Shown here: positions 38,531 through 54,180 of the stretch, one piece after another | How positions within the stretch are numbered: position 1 is the first letter of the stretch | Layout of the letters: every line of letters begins with the position of its first letter | NCBI GenBank assembly: GCA_964016885.1 | Contig: OZ024760.1 | Span: forward strand, 27,776,001 to 27,840,000 | Direction of reading: 5' to 3' | DNA: 64,000 bases | Source: Eledone cirrhosa | Lineage: Eukaryota | Made by a program: the position numbers and the translations under genes | Notes under the pieces: model-generated | The model's database searches: none | What the model was told of the DNA's origin: nothing | What the model saw: only the letters and a program-made list of their open reading frames with translations

Positions 38531-41500
38531 TCACCTTTCATAAAACTTGCTGGGGTAGAGCACCTCTCTCTCCATTCTGATCCTTCTTTTAAAATGGTAT
38601 TTGAAAAAGGGGACCAGTTGTTGGCCGGAGAGAAAGGTGTCTGACCTCAGCCCTTTCAGCCTCGTCCACCATACAACTTCTTTAGCCATAGCTATCACAC
38701 AGAGAAAAACCGCCTCTCCTTCGTTTTTGAAAGGGGGAGGTGGTTTGATCGTGACAATGGACTCGGTGGTCAACTGGATTGGTGCCACCCTTGACAGTAG
38801 TCGTTCCACATAGCCCCACAGGTCAGCAATGCCTGGGCAGTGTACGAATGCGTGCGCAACGGTTTCGTCGTCATGCACACATCTCGGACAGATCTTATTC
38901 AAAGGATCCCTACCCAGGCTCCCATGCCTGTGGAGCTTGTCTCGAACGGGTAGAGCCCCTCGGTAGCACTGCCAAGCCAGGGACTTTTGGAAGTTGTCCA
39001 TCGGTCCAGGGCCAAACGTCCTACCGAACAGACTGGCCAGTTCATCTTCCTCCATGCCTAGAGCTTCTCCGAGAGCATCGTCGCACCTGCTGCGTACCAA
39101 CCCTCTATAGAATGTCGAGGTGGAGTCTCCACTGATTGCCGGGTCCGCTTTCCAGAGGGCCGTGAGCACCTGGGCACATTCAGTGTGCCAGTCGCCCACT
39201 TTTCTCGGTCTTTGCTTGACCCAGGATTGCAGCTCGGTGAGCGAGACGAGTCTGGGAAAGGCTCGCCTCACAAACGGGGCCCACACCGGTTGACCGGTGA
39301 GGAATACCTGGAGGTGCCGTAGCCTTAATGCGTGTTTACGTATCTGTAGCCACGGCATCCCCAGCCCTCCTTTCGAAAGGTGTTGACAGCAGATGGATCT
39401 CCTCACCAAAGGGGTCCGCTTGTTCCAAAGAAATTGGAACAGCGCGCACTCCATTTTGGCGAGTCTTTTCACTGGGCAAGGCACGACGGATGCTATATAA
39501 GTATTCGCCACCTCCGCTCGACCTTTCAGGGATAGTTTGTACTGGGCCCACTTCTGGGTGAGTGCAAACACCCTGGCCGTTACCTCGTTCCAGTTTTTCT
39601 CCACCTGGAGGTCTGGTCCGAACCAGACCCCAAGCAGCTTCACCGGGCCCTCCGTCCAGCATCCGACAACGTCGTTGGAGGCCATCGGTTTGCCTCTCCA
39701 TGTTCCGAGTTGCAAACCGACGGACTTGTCCCGGTTCAGCTTGGCCCTGTAAACCTTTCATATTCCTCCAGTAAGGTGCCGATCTCACCGATTTGCGAGG
39801 TTTTCGACACCATTACTGTCACGTCATCGGCGTAGGCCGACGCCGCTTTCTGCAATCCCGGTTCCAAAGGGATGCCCTGCAACCGCTCCAACTTCCGCAG
39901 TAGTGGCTCAAGAGCCAGCACATACAGAAGGGAGGAGAGAGGGCATCCCTGTCGGATGGATCGCATGATTTTGAACGGCTCCGAGAGGTGGCCGTTCACC
40001 TTGACCCTTGAGCAGACGTTGCTGCTGTGCATCGCAGCAATCCAACCCCTGAAAACGGGTCCGAAGCCTGCCGCCGCGAGCACCGCATCCAAGTAATGAT
40101 GGTCAACCCTATCGAAAGCTTTAGATTGATACAAGTTGATCAGGGCCCCACCAAAGCCGGGTTCATTCCCTACCCTCTCTATGATGTATCACATAAGGTG
40201 GAGATTGTCGTGAATGGACCTGAACGGGATTGCGCATGTCTGCGCTTCTCCCACCAGGTTTCCGACGACAAGTGCCAACCTCTTCGCTAACACCTTGGCC
40301 AAAATCTTTAACTCTGTATTTAGCAGAGTTATGGGCCTGAAGTTACTTATGTCATCCCCCTTGTTCTCATCCTTCCTCACCAGCGTAACTACGCCCTTGG
40401 TCACAGAACTGGGAATTCTCCCGTTCTGCTGCCAGTTGCAGTAGACCGCTTCGAGGATATCGGAGAACAAGTCCGGCATCGCTACATATAGCTCGTATGG
40501 TAGACCATCGAGACCCGGGGATTTGCGTTTGCCGCATTGGCTCAGCGCCGCCCCTATCTCAGCAGCTGAAATCGGCCTTTCGCAGGACTTCGCCTCCGCG
40601 TCCGAGAAGCGCGGCAGACCGTCGAGGTATGGATTGAAATCCATAGTCTCACCCGGTGCGCCGCCCCTCTCGAACAGTCGTGCAAAGTGCCGCTGAAAGG
40701 CCGCACACATCTGCCCAGGTTCAAGGATCACACGACCATCCTGGTCCTTCAAAGACCGAATCGTGAACTTGTTCCCACTTTTTGCCTCTGTCACTCGGGC
40801 CCAGCTAACAGCTTTGGCTCCCTCATTACCCAGAGCACGTATTTTACTCCTGACAACGCAGCCCTCGTTCTTCGCATCAAAGAACTGGTCTAAGGCCATT
40901 CTTGATGCCAGCACGCTTGCTACATTTCCACTCCTAATCGCCTCTTCTACTCTATCTACTAATTCCCTTTCCGTCTTGTTTTTATCCCTTGCTAATTCCT
41001 GACTAAAACCTATCGATTCTATTCTAATTGCTCTCTTAAGAGAGCTCCACCACCTGTTGTTGACAATTGCCCCTGTCAAACACTGCTTAACTAACGTGCT
41101 AATACGTTTACTGTAAGCTTTGCTTGTCGGTAAGGACAAGTTCAGCTTCCAGTAACCGGGTCCCTGTCTATGGGTTCTATCAAGGTTGACTATGCAGGTC
41201 ACTAACTTGTGATCCGAATAGTCAACCATGAACATTTTTGGACAGCTAAATGTGTCCCTATCCTTATCTCTAACTAGGACCCTATCTAGGTATGACCTAG
41301 ATGTTCCGCTGAGATTGGTCCACGTCCATAGTGGTACAGTCGGAAAATCTAGTCGATATCTATCGGCCAGGTCAAATCAGCCGATTAACCTTTTGAGGCT
41401 TTTACACCCCCCTCTATTGGCACATGCCCCTACATAGTCCCAACGTGCATCCAGGATACCATTCCAGTCCCCCACTAAAAGAAAGGAGCGGGACGTTCCC

Positions 41501-41888
41501 AGAAAAGTTTCCAGATGCTGGAAGTAGTCCGGTTGCGCTGCCCCAAAAGGGGCGTACACAGCAATTAGTCTAAGGGCTCCACTTTCACTACTGCCGATGT
41601 CTAAAACCACCTGTCGACCCTCCAGGTCCAGGTGCACCTTCTGTATGGCGAGGCCCAGGTGTTTTCGCAGCAGTACGACAACTCCACCCCACCCCCCGGT
41701 TGACAGAGAGATGCGAAGATCTCAAAGTCGTTGAAGAGGGGCGCTAGTTGCCGCTCGCTGCTGATCCTGGACTCGCAAATAGCCATTACATCCATTCTAT
41801 GCGACTTGAGATCGTTTAAAAGTTTGCCTTGTTTCCAAGACAGTCCCAGGCCGCGTACATTCAGACACCCAACTCTTATATCAGCCAT
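38531..41888 (-). pseudogene. Tx1 ORF2 (endonuclease / reverse transcriptase), several frameshifts
   Basis: Consecutive ORF pieces 41601-41888, 41377-41637, 40189-41235, 39736-40134, 38531-39715 carry EN, RT and zinc-knuckle motifs in order. Confidence 0.92.
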
Positions 41889-41909
41889 GTTGGTTAAAAG
41901 AGGAAGGAC

Positions 41910-43688
41910 CTACCTGTTCGGCTCCTGAGGAGCAGGTTGCACAATATCCATGGGCGTATTAGAGGGGTTGTTTGGTGGGGTGTTGTTCTGTGGTGGGGTG
42001 GGGGTGTTTGGTGAGGTGTGGGTGGGGAAACGTTTCAAGAGGACGCGGTTATAGGGTCGAGTACATGTTTTCCCCACGTTCTCAGGAAAGTTCTCTCTTA
42101 GTTTTGCATAGGTGTCCATTGGGAGTCTTATCATTTTTAAATGCGGTTTGTTGGCCGCGCTTGCAAACCGAAGGGTCTTTGTGTATTGTTTTTACTAGTT
42201 CTTTGTTATTTGTGTTAATGTATGTATGCTGTTTTATTTGTGTTGTGTTTGATTGTTGTTCTTGTATGTACTTGCGTTTTGTTGTATGTGTTATGTTTTG
42301 GGGTGGGGTGGATTTTGTTTCTTCTGTTTGTTTTGTTTTTGTTGGTGGTTGTGTGTTTGTTTTGTTTATGTTCGTGTGGTGTTTTCTTTTTTTCCTTTTT
42401 ACAGGTTGGAAGGGTTCCCCCTTTTCGTCACTAGGTGCCGTTTCAGCTGGGTCCTCGTTCGTGCTGTCGGGTAGTGGTGTATTTTGGGGTTTTGTTGTGT
42501 TTGTGTGTGTTTTTGGAGTTGTTTTGGGTTGGACTGTGTCTTGTGTTATTTTTCCGTGTTGTTTTTGTTGTTGTTGTTGTTTTTTTGTTGTTGTTGTTGT
42601 GGTGGTGGCGGTGGTGGTGTGTGGGGTGTAGGCAAAAGAGCCTTTTTTTTTGTCAATTGAGGACAGGCAGCCCTTAGATGACCCCTGCTTGAACAGTAGT
42701 AACATATGGGCCTCCTGCCCTCGGCTGAAATGTATATAAATGTTTCTCCATCGAGGGACACTCTCTGTGGCATTCTAGCTATTCGTTCTGGTTTCATTTG
42801 GACCAGAACCTCCACGCTCAAACCGCCGAAAACGTCTGTGGTGACTTCTCCTACTGAGAGGATTCCGTCCTCGTCTTCTAAAAATCCTGTTAGTACCCAG
42901 GAAATGCATGCATTTGGCCGGATTCCGGAGACTCTTATTTTTTGAGTTCTTTTCCCCAAATATGTGGGGAAAAATGTGTGTAGCTTGGAAACAATTGGCG
43001 ACACAGAGTATTTCCTGGCCGTCAATTGATCCTTCATTAGCACCGTTATATTCCCATAGAGTGGCCCTTTTTGTATGAACGATATATCACTCCACACATT
43101 TTTTAGGACCAGCTCAATTTCTTTTTGGGATAATTGAGCTGGTTTCCTTGTTATGTTGGAAATTGTTCTGAAAGATATCGTTCTTAGTGTCGTGTCTCTT
43201 TTGATTTCTTGTGGGGAGGTGATTGTGAAGTCTCCTCCTTCTTTGAAAGTTACATACTGTTTTGCTTCCTTCATCTTTTCTCTCAGAGTTGTAATGTCCA
43301 GTTGCTTGCAGGTCTGTGTTTTTCGGACCGCCTGTGCAAAGGAGGCACCAGTAGTGGGTTCGCTTTGTTTGGTGTTATCGTTATTTTTTCCTTGGTTGGT
43401 GTTGTGACTATTGCTGTTGTTGGTCGTGCTGTTATTGTCATTGTTGTTTTTGTCTGCGTTTATGTGACTTTCTGGGTTTTCACCCATTTTTACAAATTTT
43501 TCTTTTAATTCCGTGTTCCATGTTTCTTTTGCAGAAGTGGGGAGGGAAGACTTAGAGCATTGTGCTTCTAGCTTCTCTGTATCACCTTTCTTAGGGGGCG
43601 TGGCTTTCACGTTAGGATGAGATGTGAAAATTCCGTCCATTTCTATCAGTTTGCCGTAATAAATTTTTAAATGGAAAATTCGCCCCAA
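41910..43688 (-). pseudogene. Tx1 ORF1 (gag-like, zinc knuckle), split by frameshifts
   Basis: ORF track pieces 42546-43688, 42082-42705 and 41910-42134; the first break is at a T-run near 42642-42651. Confidence 0.85.
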
Positions 43689-44746
43689 AAAGTGGCGAAA
43701 ATAAATAAACTCAAAGTTTGACGACCAGGCAAGAGGTTAACGTATATTACAGTACAAAAACAATAAATCAAAACTCACTTTTGAGTAAGTAAATCCAACT
43801 CGGTAGCCGAGCTTGTTCACACACGTCAACACACGTCTCTCGTATACGAGATGTTATGTGAGATATTATGTGAGGTAAAGTCATTACTGTGAAAATACAA
43901 TAGTATATATAGAGTAATGTAAATGTTATGTGAGATATTATGTGAGCTAAAGCCTTTACTGTGAAAATACAATAGTATATATAGAGTAATGTAAATGTTA
44001 TGTGAGATATTATGTGAGGTAAAGCCTTTACTGTGAAAATACAATAGTATATATAGAGTAATGTAAATGTTATGTGAGATATTATGTGAGCTAAAGCCTT
44101 TACTGTGAAAATACAATAGTATATATAGAGTAATGTAAATGTTATGTGAGATATTATGTGAGCTAAAGCCTTTACTGTGAAAATACAATAGTATATATAG
44201 AGTAATGTAAATGTTATGTGAGATATTATGTGACGTAAAGCCTTTACTGTGAAAATACAATAGTATATATAGAGTAATGTAAATGTTATGTGAGATATTA
44301 TGTGAGGTAAAGCCTTTACTGTGAAAATACAATAGTATATATAGAGTAATGTAAATGTTATGTGAGATATTATGTGAGGTAAAGCCTTTATTGTGAAAAT
44401 ACAATAGTATATATAGAGTAATGTAAATGTTATGTGAGTTACTATGTGAGGTAAATAATTTACCATAGCATGACAAACTAACAGACAATATCTGGGTGCT
44501 AGAAATAGTAGTAAATTCTCCCCCAACTGCACCCCCACCATTCCGTTTTTAGAAAATAAGTTGACAGCAAGCTTGCTGGAGGTCAGATTAGTTGAAAACA
44601 CCCGAAAAACCTCAATTATTATCAATCCTATTTAGTGTTATTAGCACAGAACTTACAAACAAACAAACACATTTCCTTTTTATAAGGATATATAACAAAT
44701 ATATATATATAACAAATATATATATATTATATATATTTGTTTTCAG

Positions 44747-44858
44747 GTTTTTTATGACAGTCTACGTAAACTAATGCGAGAAGACCAATACATCACAACT
44801 TCCAAGCCTCCACTTTACGCTAAAGGGATGCTGACCACTATTCATGATTACAACACAG
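44747..44858 (+). CDS. Host gene exon 15
   Basis: gttttcAG / GTAAAT; phase 0 to 1; VFYDSLRKLMREDQYITTSKPPLYAKGMLTTIHDYNT(G). Confidence 0.88.
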
Positions 44859-44899
44859 GTAAATATTAATTTTATGACTAATATAGCAAAGATTTAGAG

Positions 44900-47093
44900 C
44901 AGGCATGGGCAACCGCTTTCGAGAAGCAGGCCCCATGAGATATGGCTCATCATCAGGCGGGCCACATGAGATATGGTTCATCATCATGCGGGCCACATGA
45001 GATATGGTTCATCATCATGCGGGCCGCATGTGAGATATGGTTCATCATCAGGTGGGCCGCATGAGATATGGCTCATCATCAGGCAGCCCACATGAGATAT
45101 GGCTCATCATCAGGCGGGCCACATGAGATATGGCTCATCATCAGGCAGCCCACATGAGATATGGCTCATCATCAGGCGGGCCACATGAGATATGGCTCAT
45201 CATCAGGCAGCGCACATGAGATATGGCTCATCATCAGGCGGGCCACATGAGATATGGCTCATCATCAGGAGGGCCACATGAGATATGGCTCATCATCAGG
45301 AGGGCCACATGAGATATGGCTCATCATCAGGAGGGCCACATGAGATATGGTGCATCATCAGGAGGGCCGCATGAGATATGGTGCATCATCAGGAGGGCCG
45401 CATGAGATATGGTGCATCATCAGGAGGGCCACATGAGATATGGTTCATCATCAGGAGGGCCACATGAGATATGGCTCATCATCAGGCGGGCCACATGAGA
45501 TATGGCTCATCATCAGGAGGGCCACATGAGATATGGCTCATCATCAGGAGGGCCACATGAGATATGGCTCATCATCAGGAGGGCCACATGAGATATGGTG
45601 CATCATCAGGAGGGCCGCATGAGATATGGTGCATCATCAGGAGGGCCGCATGAGATATGGTGCATCATCAGGAGGGCCACATGAGATATGGTTCATCATC
45701 AGGAGGGCCACATGAGATATGGCTCATCATCAGGTGGGCCGCATGAGATATGGTGCATCATCAGGAGGGCCACATGAGATATGGCTCATCATCAGGAGGG
45801 CCGCATGAGATATGGCTCATCATCAGGAGGGCCCCAAGAGATATGGCTCATCATCAGGAGGGCCGCATGAGATATGGTGCATCATCAGGAGGGCCGCATG
45901 AGATATGGTGCATCATCAGGAGGGCCACATGAGATATGGTTCATCATCAGGAGGGCCACATGAGATATGGCTCATCATCAGGTGGGCCGCATGAGATATG
46001 GTGCATCATCAGGAGGGCCACATGAGATATGGCTCATCATCAGGAGGGCCACATGAGATATGGCTCATCATCAGGAGGGCCACATGAGATATGGTGCATC
46101 ATCAGGAGGGCCGCATGAGATATGGTGCATCATCAGGAGGGCCGCATGAGATATGGTGCATCATCAGGAGGGCCACATGAGATATGGTTCATCATCAGGA
46201 GGGCCACATGAGATATGGCTCATCATCAGGTGGGCCGCATGAGATATGGTGCATCATCAGGAGGGCCACATGAGATATGGCTCATCATCAGGAGGGCCGC
46301 ATGAGATATGGCTCATCATCAGGAGGGCCCCAAGAGATATGGCTCATCATCAGGAGGGCCACAATGAGATATGGCTCATCATCAGGAGGGCCGCATGAGA
46401 TATGGCTCATCATCAGGAGGGCCGCATGAGATATGGCTCATCATCAGGAGGGCCGCATGAGATATGGCTCATCATCAGGAGGGCCGCATGAGATATGGTG
46501 CATCATCAGGAGGGCCACATGAGATATGGCTCATCATCAGGCGGGCCGCAAACGCTAATTTACATTCGTGCCCACATAAAAAAAAACAGGGCCGGTAACT
46601 CAGGTTGTTTTGATTTGTTTCTTCAGAATTCGTACATGTTGTTTTCCTTGATCGTAAAAATGATAGAAAGATAAATTATGACTGAAAAGTTGGGGGTAAA
46701 AAGAATCAGAAAGATTTCACTTGGGTGACTTAGGGGAGCCATTGAGAAAGATTTCACTTGGGTGACTTGGGTGAGCCATTGAGAAAGATTTCACTTGGGT
46801 GACTTGGGGGAGCCATTGAGAAAGATTTCACTTGGGTGTCTTGGGGGAGCCATTGAGAAAGATTTCACTTGGGTGACTTTGGCGAGCCATTGAGAAAGAT
46901 TTCACTTGGGTGACTTAGGTGAGCCATTGAGAAAGATTTCACTTGGGTGACTTGGGGGAGCCATTGAGAAAGATTTCACTTGGGTGACTTGGGGGAGCAA
47001 TTGAGAAAGATTTCACTTGGGTGACTTGGGTGAGCCATTGAGAAAGCTTCGCGGGTTGTATGTGGCCAGTGGGCCGCAGGTTGCCTATAATTG
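44900..47093. mobile_element. hAT-type MITE filled by ~31-bp and 37-bp minisatellites
   Basis: TIRs CAGGCATGGGCAAC / GTTGCCTATAATTG; 8-bp flanks ATTTAGAG and ATTTAGTC (6 of 8 match). Confidence 0.75.
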
Positions 47094-47732
47094 ATTTAGT
47101 CTAAATTTTTCTCTACTTCAAAATGTCGTGGTAAGAGAGTCAATCCATGTATTATGATAAGCAAAGAAAAATACCAGATTTCTATTAGAGTTGAGAGAGA
47201 AACTGTGTATAAGGGATAAACTGTAGTGTGTAGGAGAGAAGACTGCGATGGTATGGACATGTGATGCGCATGGAGGATGACTGCTGGGTAAAGAAGTGCC
47301 AAGAAATCCCAGTAGAAGGAAGACACAGTAGAGGAAGACCACAAAAAACATGGGCGGAGGTGGTTTGGAGCAGACCTCAGATCACTGAAATTCACTGAGG
47401 AGATAACGAAGGACCATGACTGGTGGAGAGATGCTGTGTTGAATAGGACTCATCCCACCCTTGCAAGCATGGAAAGTGGATGTAAAATGATGATGATGAT
47501 GCTTTCTTCGCCCCCTCAATCCAGCACGTTTTGTTGGCTGGTTTCATTTGTTGCAGTCTGGAAAGGTGTCCAAGAAAGCTAAAGTACCTTTTAGTTGGCT
47601 GGTCTCATTTGTGGCAGGCATTGTAGTCAGCATATGTAGACTATTACAATAGACACAGAAACATATGTTATAGCAAATAAATTCATAATCTCTTCATGCC
47701 GACGTTTTATCTTTCTTTGTGTAATACTTGCT

Positions 47733-48910
<1,178 letters not shown>

Positions 48911-49724
48911 TATATATATATATACTAGGTGTGGTAAGATACCAGGTGGACCATAATGCACCAGAGTACTTGATACTTAGGTTAGTAGAGTCAGGACCTC
49001 GACGGCTATCGAAACTGCCGGAGCTCAGCCGTTGGGGTCCTGACTCTTTTCCTATATAGATAGATAGATAATTGACACGTGGATAGCACTTTATTCCAGT
49101 AAACACGACGGCTTTTAGGAATTCATATGTCTGCTGGATGCATGAGCAGAAGGATGTGTTTTTCCTGCAGGCGGCATATCACAAAATCGAATTTTATCTG
49201 AGGATACCATTCTTATAACAACAACAAATGTATGACTTACATCTTGATTGCATGGGAGAACCGTTGAAATAATTAAAATGAATAAACGATTTATGTAACA
49301 TCGGCATCTTTATTAATGTTATTATTATAGATAGAAGGCAGCATAGAGTTACGGCTCTTTATGACCTGAGCTCAAATCCCGCCGAGGTAACTTTGCCTTT
49401 CATTCTTATGGGGTTGATAAAATAAAGTACCAGTCACGCACTGGGGTCGATTTAATCGACTTTCCCCTTCCCCCAAATTACTGGCCTTGTGCCTATATAA
49501 GAAACCATTATTATAGATAGAAGGGCGGTGGATTGGCAGAGTCGGTAGAGGGTCTGACGCCATGCTTTGCAGCATAGAGTTACGGCCCTTTATGGTCTGA
49601 GTTCAAATCCCGCCGAGGTTAACTTTGCTTTTCATCCTTACGGGGTCGATAAAATAAAGTACCAGTCACGCACTGGGATAATTGCTGGCCTTGTGCCAAA
49701 AGTAGAAACAATTATTATAGATAT

Positions 49725-49970
49725 GTTTCTTTTATTTGCCACCAGGGCATCAAAAGTGGGACAAGAACAATGGGGGGGGGGAGTTTAGAAAACAAGGCAT
49801 CCTCAATAAGGAGGAGGCAATAACAATATATAAAAATAAAATAAAATATAACAAAAAATAAAATTTATAACAAAGTCCTCAATAGAGAGGAGGCGCCTTG
49901 GGGGGTCGCACACACCCCCGAAAAAAAGTGTGCAACCCTTTTCCTCAGGAGCACAGAGAAGGGGTGCTCC
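49725..49970 (-). mobile_element. 5'-truncated Tx1 3'UTR copy
   Basis: Homologous to 38242-38430 (tttatttgccac.agggca ... gtcctcaatag ... tgtgcaaccct..cctcaggagcaca). Confidence 0.85.
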
Positions 49971-50021
49971 CTTATAATTAGATAGATAGATAGATAATCT
50001 TTCTTTTTTCCTTATTCATAG

Positions 50022-50188
50022 GGGTCGCTTACTACATGAACAAGAACTTGAGAAGCTGTGCTGTCATGCCAATATCTAACACAAGTGCTGATGCTGCAAT
50101 GCAACAGGTAGCCAATACATCTCTTGTGAGGATGAAGACAATACAGGAATTCTTTTATATTAATGCTCAATATAACATGATTGGACAG
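50022..50188 (+). CDS. Host gene exon 16
   Basis: ttattcatAG / GTAGGT; phase 1 to 0; (G)VAYYMNKNLRSCAVMPISNTSADAAMQQVANTSLVRMKTIQEFFYINAQYNMIGQ. Confidence 0.88.
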
Positions 50189-50219
50189 GTAGGTTACCTA
50201 CTGTTTCTTCAGTCAACTG

Positions 50220-51867
50220 CATATACACACATACATACACACACATATATACACACATACATACACACACATATATACACACATACATACACACACATAT
50301 ATACACACATACATACACACACATATATATACACACATACATACACACACATATATACACACATACATACACACACATATATACACACATACATACACAC
50401 ACATATATACACACATACATACACACACACATATATACACACATACATACACACACATATATACACACATACATACACACACATATATATACACACATAC
50501 ATACACACACATATATACACACATACATACACACATATATACACACATACATACACACACATATATATACACACATACATACACACACATATATATACAC
50601 ACATACATACACACACATATATACGCACATACATACTCACACACATATATACACACATACATACACACACATATATACACACATACATACACACACATAT
50701 ATATACACACATACATACACACACATATATACACACATACATACACACATATATACACACATACATACACACACATATATATACACACATACATACACAC
50801 ACATATATATACACACATACATACACACACATATATACGCACATACAAACTCACACACATATATACACACATACATACACATATATACACACATACATAC
50901 ACACATATATACACACATACATACACACACATATATACACACATACATACACAAATATACACACATACACACATATATACACACATACATACACACACAT
51001 ATATACACACATACATACACACACATATATACACACATACATACACACACATATATACACACATACATACACACACATATATACACACATACATACACAC
51101 ATATATACACACATACATACACACACATATATACACACACACATACACACACATATATATACACACATACATACACACACATATATACACACATACATAC
51201 ACACACATATATACACATACATACACACATATATACACACATACATACACACACATATATACACACATACATACACACACATATATATACACACATACAT
51301 ACACACACATATATACACACACATACACACACATATATACACACATACATACACAAATATACACAAATATACACACATACACACATATATACACACACAT
51401 ATACACACACATACATACACACACACATATACACACATACATACACACACATATATACACACATACATACATACACATATATACACACATACACACACAT
51501 ATATACACACATACATACACATATGTACACGCATACACACACATATACACCGATACATACACATATATATACACACATACATACGCACACATATACATCC
51601 ACACATACATACATCCACGCATACATAAAAACACATATATACACACATGCATACACACACATATACACATACATATATACACATACATACACACATATAC
51701 ACACATACATACACACATACATACACACATACATACACATACAAACACACATACATACACACACATACACACACATACATACACATATACACACATACAT
51801 ACACACACATATACACATATGCACACACCTTTATGTAAGAATGTATATATATATATATATGTCTCTC

Positions 51868-51955
<88 letters not shown>

Positions 51956-52107
51956 TATGTATATCTATATATGTCTATAAGTATATATGTCTACATGTGT
52001 CTATATGTATGTATATGTCTACATGTGTCTATATATATATATATATATATATGTCTACATATGCACACACCTTTATGTAAGAATGTATATATATATGTCT
52101 CTCTCAA

Positions 52108-52143
<36 letters not shown>

Positions 52144-52194
52144 ATATATGTCTATGTATATCTATATATGTCTATAAGTATATATATGTCTACA

Positions 52195-52250
<56 letters not shown>

Positions 52251-53990
52251 TACATGTGTCTATATATCTATATATGTCTACATGTGTCTATATATATATA
52301 TCTATATGTCTACATGTGTCTATATGTATATATATGTCTACATGTGTCTATATAAATATATATGTCTACATGTGTCTATATATATATATATATCTATGTG
52401 TCTATATATATGTATATGTCTACATGTGTCATTATGTATGTATATGTCTACATGTGTCTATATAAATATATATGTCTACATGTGTCTATATATATATATG
52501 TCTACATGTGTCTATATATATATATATCTACATGTGTCTATATATATGTATATGTCTACATGTGTCTATATGTATATATATGTCTACATGTGTCTATATG
52601 TATGTATATGTCTACATGTGTCTATATATATATATATATATGTCTACATGTATCTATATATAAATATATGTCTACACGTGTCTATATATATGTCTATATG
52701 TATGTATATGTCTACATGTGTCTATATGTATGTATATGTCTACATGTGTCTATTATATGTATATGACTACATGTGTCTATATGTATATATATATGTCTGT
52801 CTATATGTATGTATATGTCTACATGTGTCTATATATATATATATATGTGTGTCTACATGTGTCTATATATATATGTCTACATGTGTCTATATATATATAT
52901 GTCTACATGTGTCTATATATATATTTATATGTCTACATGTGTCTATATATATATTTATATGTGTACATGTGTCTATATATATATATGTCTACATGTGTCT
53001 ATATATATATGTCTACATGTGTCTATATATATATATGTCTACATGTGTCTATATGTATATATATGTCTGTCTATATGTATATGTCTACATGTGTCTATAT
53101 ATATATATATATGTGTCTACATGTGTCTATATATATATATATATATGTCTAAATGTGTCTATATGTATGTATATGTCTATATGTGACTATATATATGTCT
53201 ACATGTGTCTATATATATATATTTATATGTCTATATGTGTCTATATATATGTCTACATGTGTCTATATATATATATATATGTCTACATATGTCCATATAT
53301 ATATATGTCTACATGTGTCTATATATATATATATATATATGTCTAAATGTGTCTATATGTATGTATATGTCTATATGTGTCTATATATATGTCTACATGT
53401 GTCTCTATATATATGTTTACATGTTTCTATATATATGTCTACATGTGTCTATATATATACTTATATGTCTACATATGTCTATATATATGTCTACATGTGT
53501 CTATATATATATGTCTACATGTGTCTATATATATATATGTCTACATGTGTCTATCTATATATATATGTCTACATGTGTCTATATATATATATATGTCTAC
53601 ATGTGTCTATATATATATGTCTACATGTATCTATCTATATATATGTCTATATATGTCTACATGTGTCTATGTATATGTCTACATGTGCCTATATATGTGT
53701 ATATGTCTACATGTGTCTATATATGTGTATATGTCTACATGTGTCTATATATGTGTATATGTCTACATGTGCCTATATATGTATATATGTCTACATGTGT
53801 CTATATATATGTATATGTCTACATGTGTCTATATATATATATATATATGTCTACATGTGTCTATATATATGTATATGCCTACATGTGTCTATATATATAT
53901 ATGCCTACATGTGTCTATATATATGTATATGTCAACATGTGCCTATATGTATGTATATGTCTCTCTCTCTCAATATATATATATATATGT
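50220..53990. repeat. Compound CA/TA microsatellite followed by an ATGTCTACATGTGTCT(AT)n array
   Basis: Direct inspection. Confidence 0.95.
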
Positions 53991-54082
53991 AAGGTATTTC
54001 CGTGGAAAAGGTAAAGGAAAGAAGAGTGCTCTATGTATAGTACAGAGCTATTTCATTATGTCATAAACAACACAATATAGTT

Positions 54083-54155
54083 ATTCCATTACTCAAGGTT
54101 TCACGAAGTCAGACAATTCTAACAGAAGCATGTGATATCGTTCATCAGAAGGAAT
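54083..54155 (-). ncRNA. Type I hammerhead motif (left arm of palindrome 54049-54286)
   Basis: Minus strand: ATTCCTT-CTGATGA-ACGA...TCGT-GAAAC-CTTGA-GTA-ATGGAAT. Confidence 0.7.
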
Positions 54156-54180
54156 CTTTATTTGGAAATCCAAATAAAGG

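Larger units (their letters stand above)
38240..43853 (-). mobile_element. Near full-length Tx1/L1-clade non-LTR retrotransposon, frameshifted
   Basis: ORF1 with CCHC knuckle CYYCSSRGHLRAAC; ORF2 with APE endonuclease (GCLNVRGL, GDWN, SDH), RT (KSPGLDG, FRPITLLN, KAFDRV, RQGCPLS, YADD) and C-terminal CPRC..ET..H...C; 3' end AATAAAGAAAT. Confidence 0.95.
37692..44455. mobile_element. Second piggyBac-type MITE with the 72-bp array, interrupted by an RTE tail and the Tx1 element
   Basis: TTAA|CCCTTTAGCATTTA start; body homologous to 34935-35080; arrays at 37900-38239 and 43854-44455; right TIR not seen. Confidence 0.7.
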
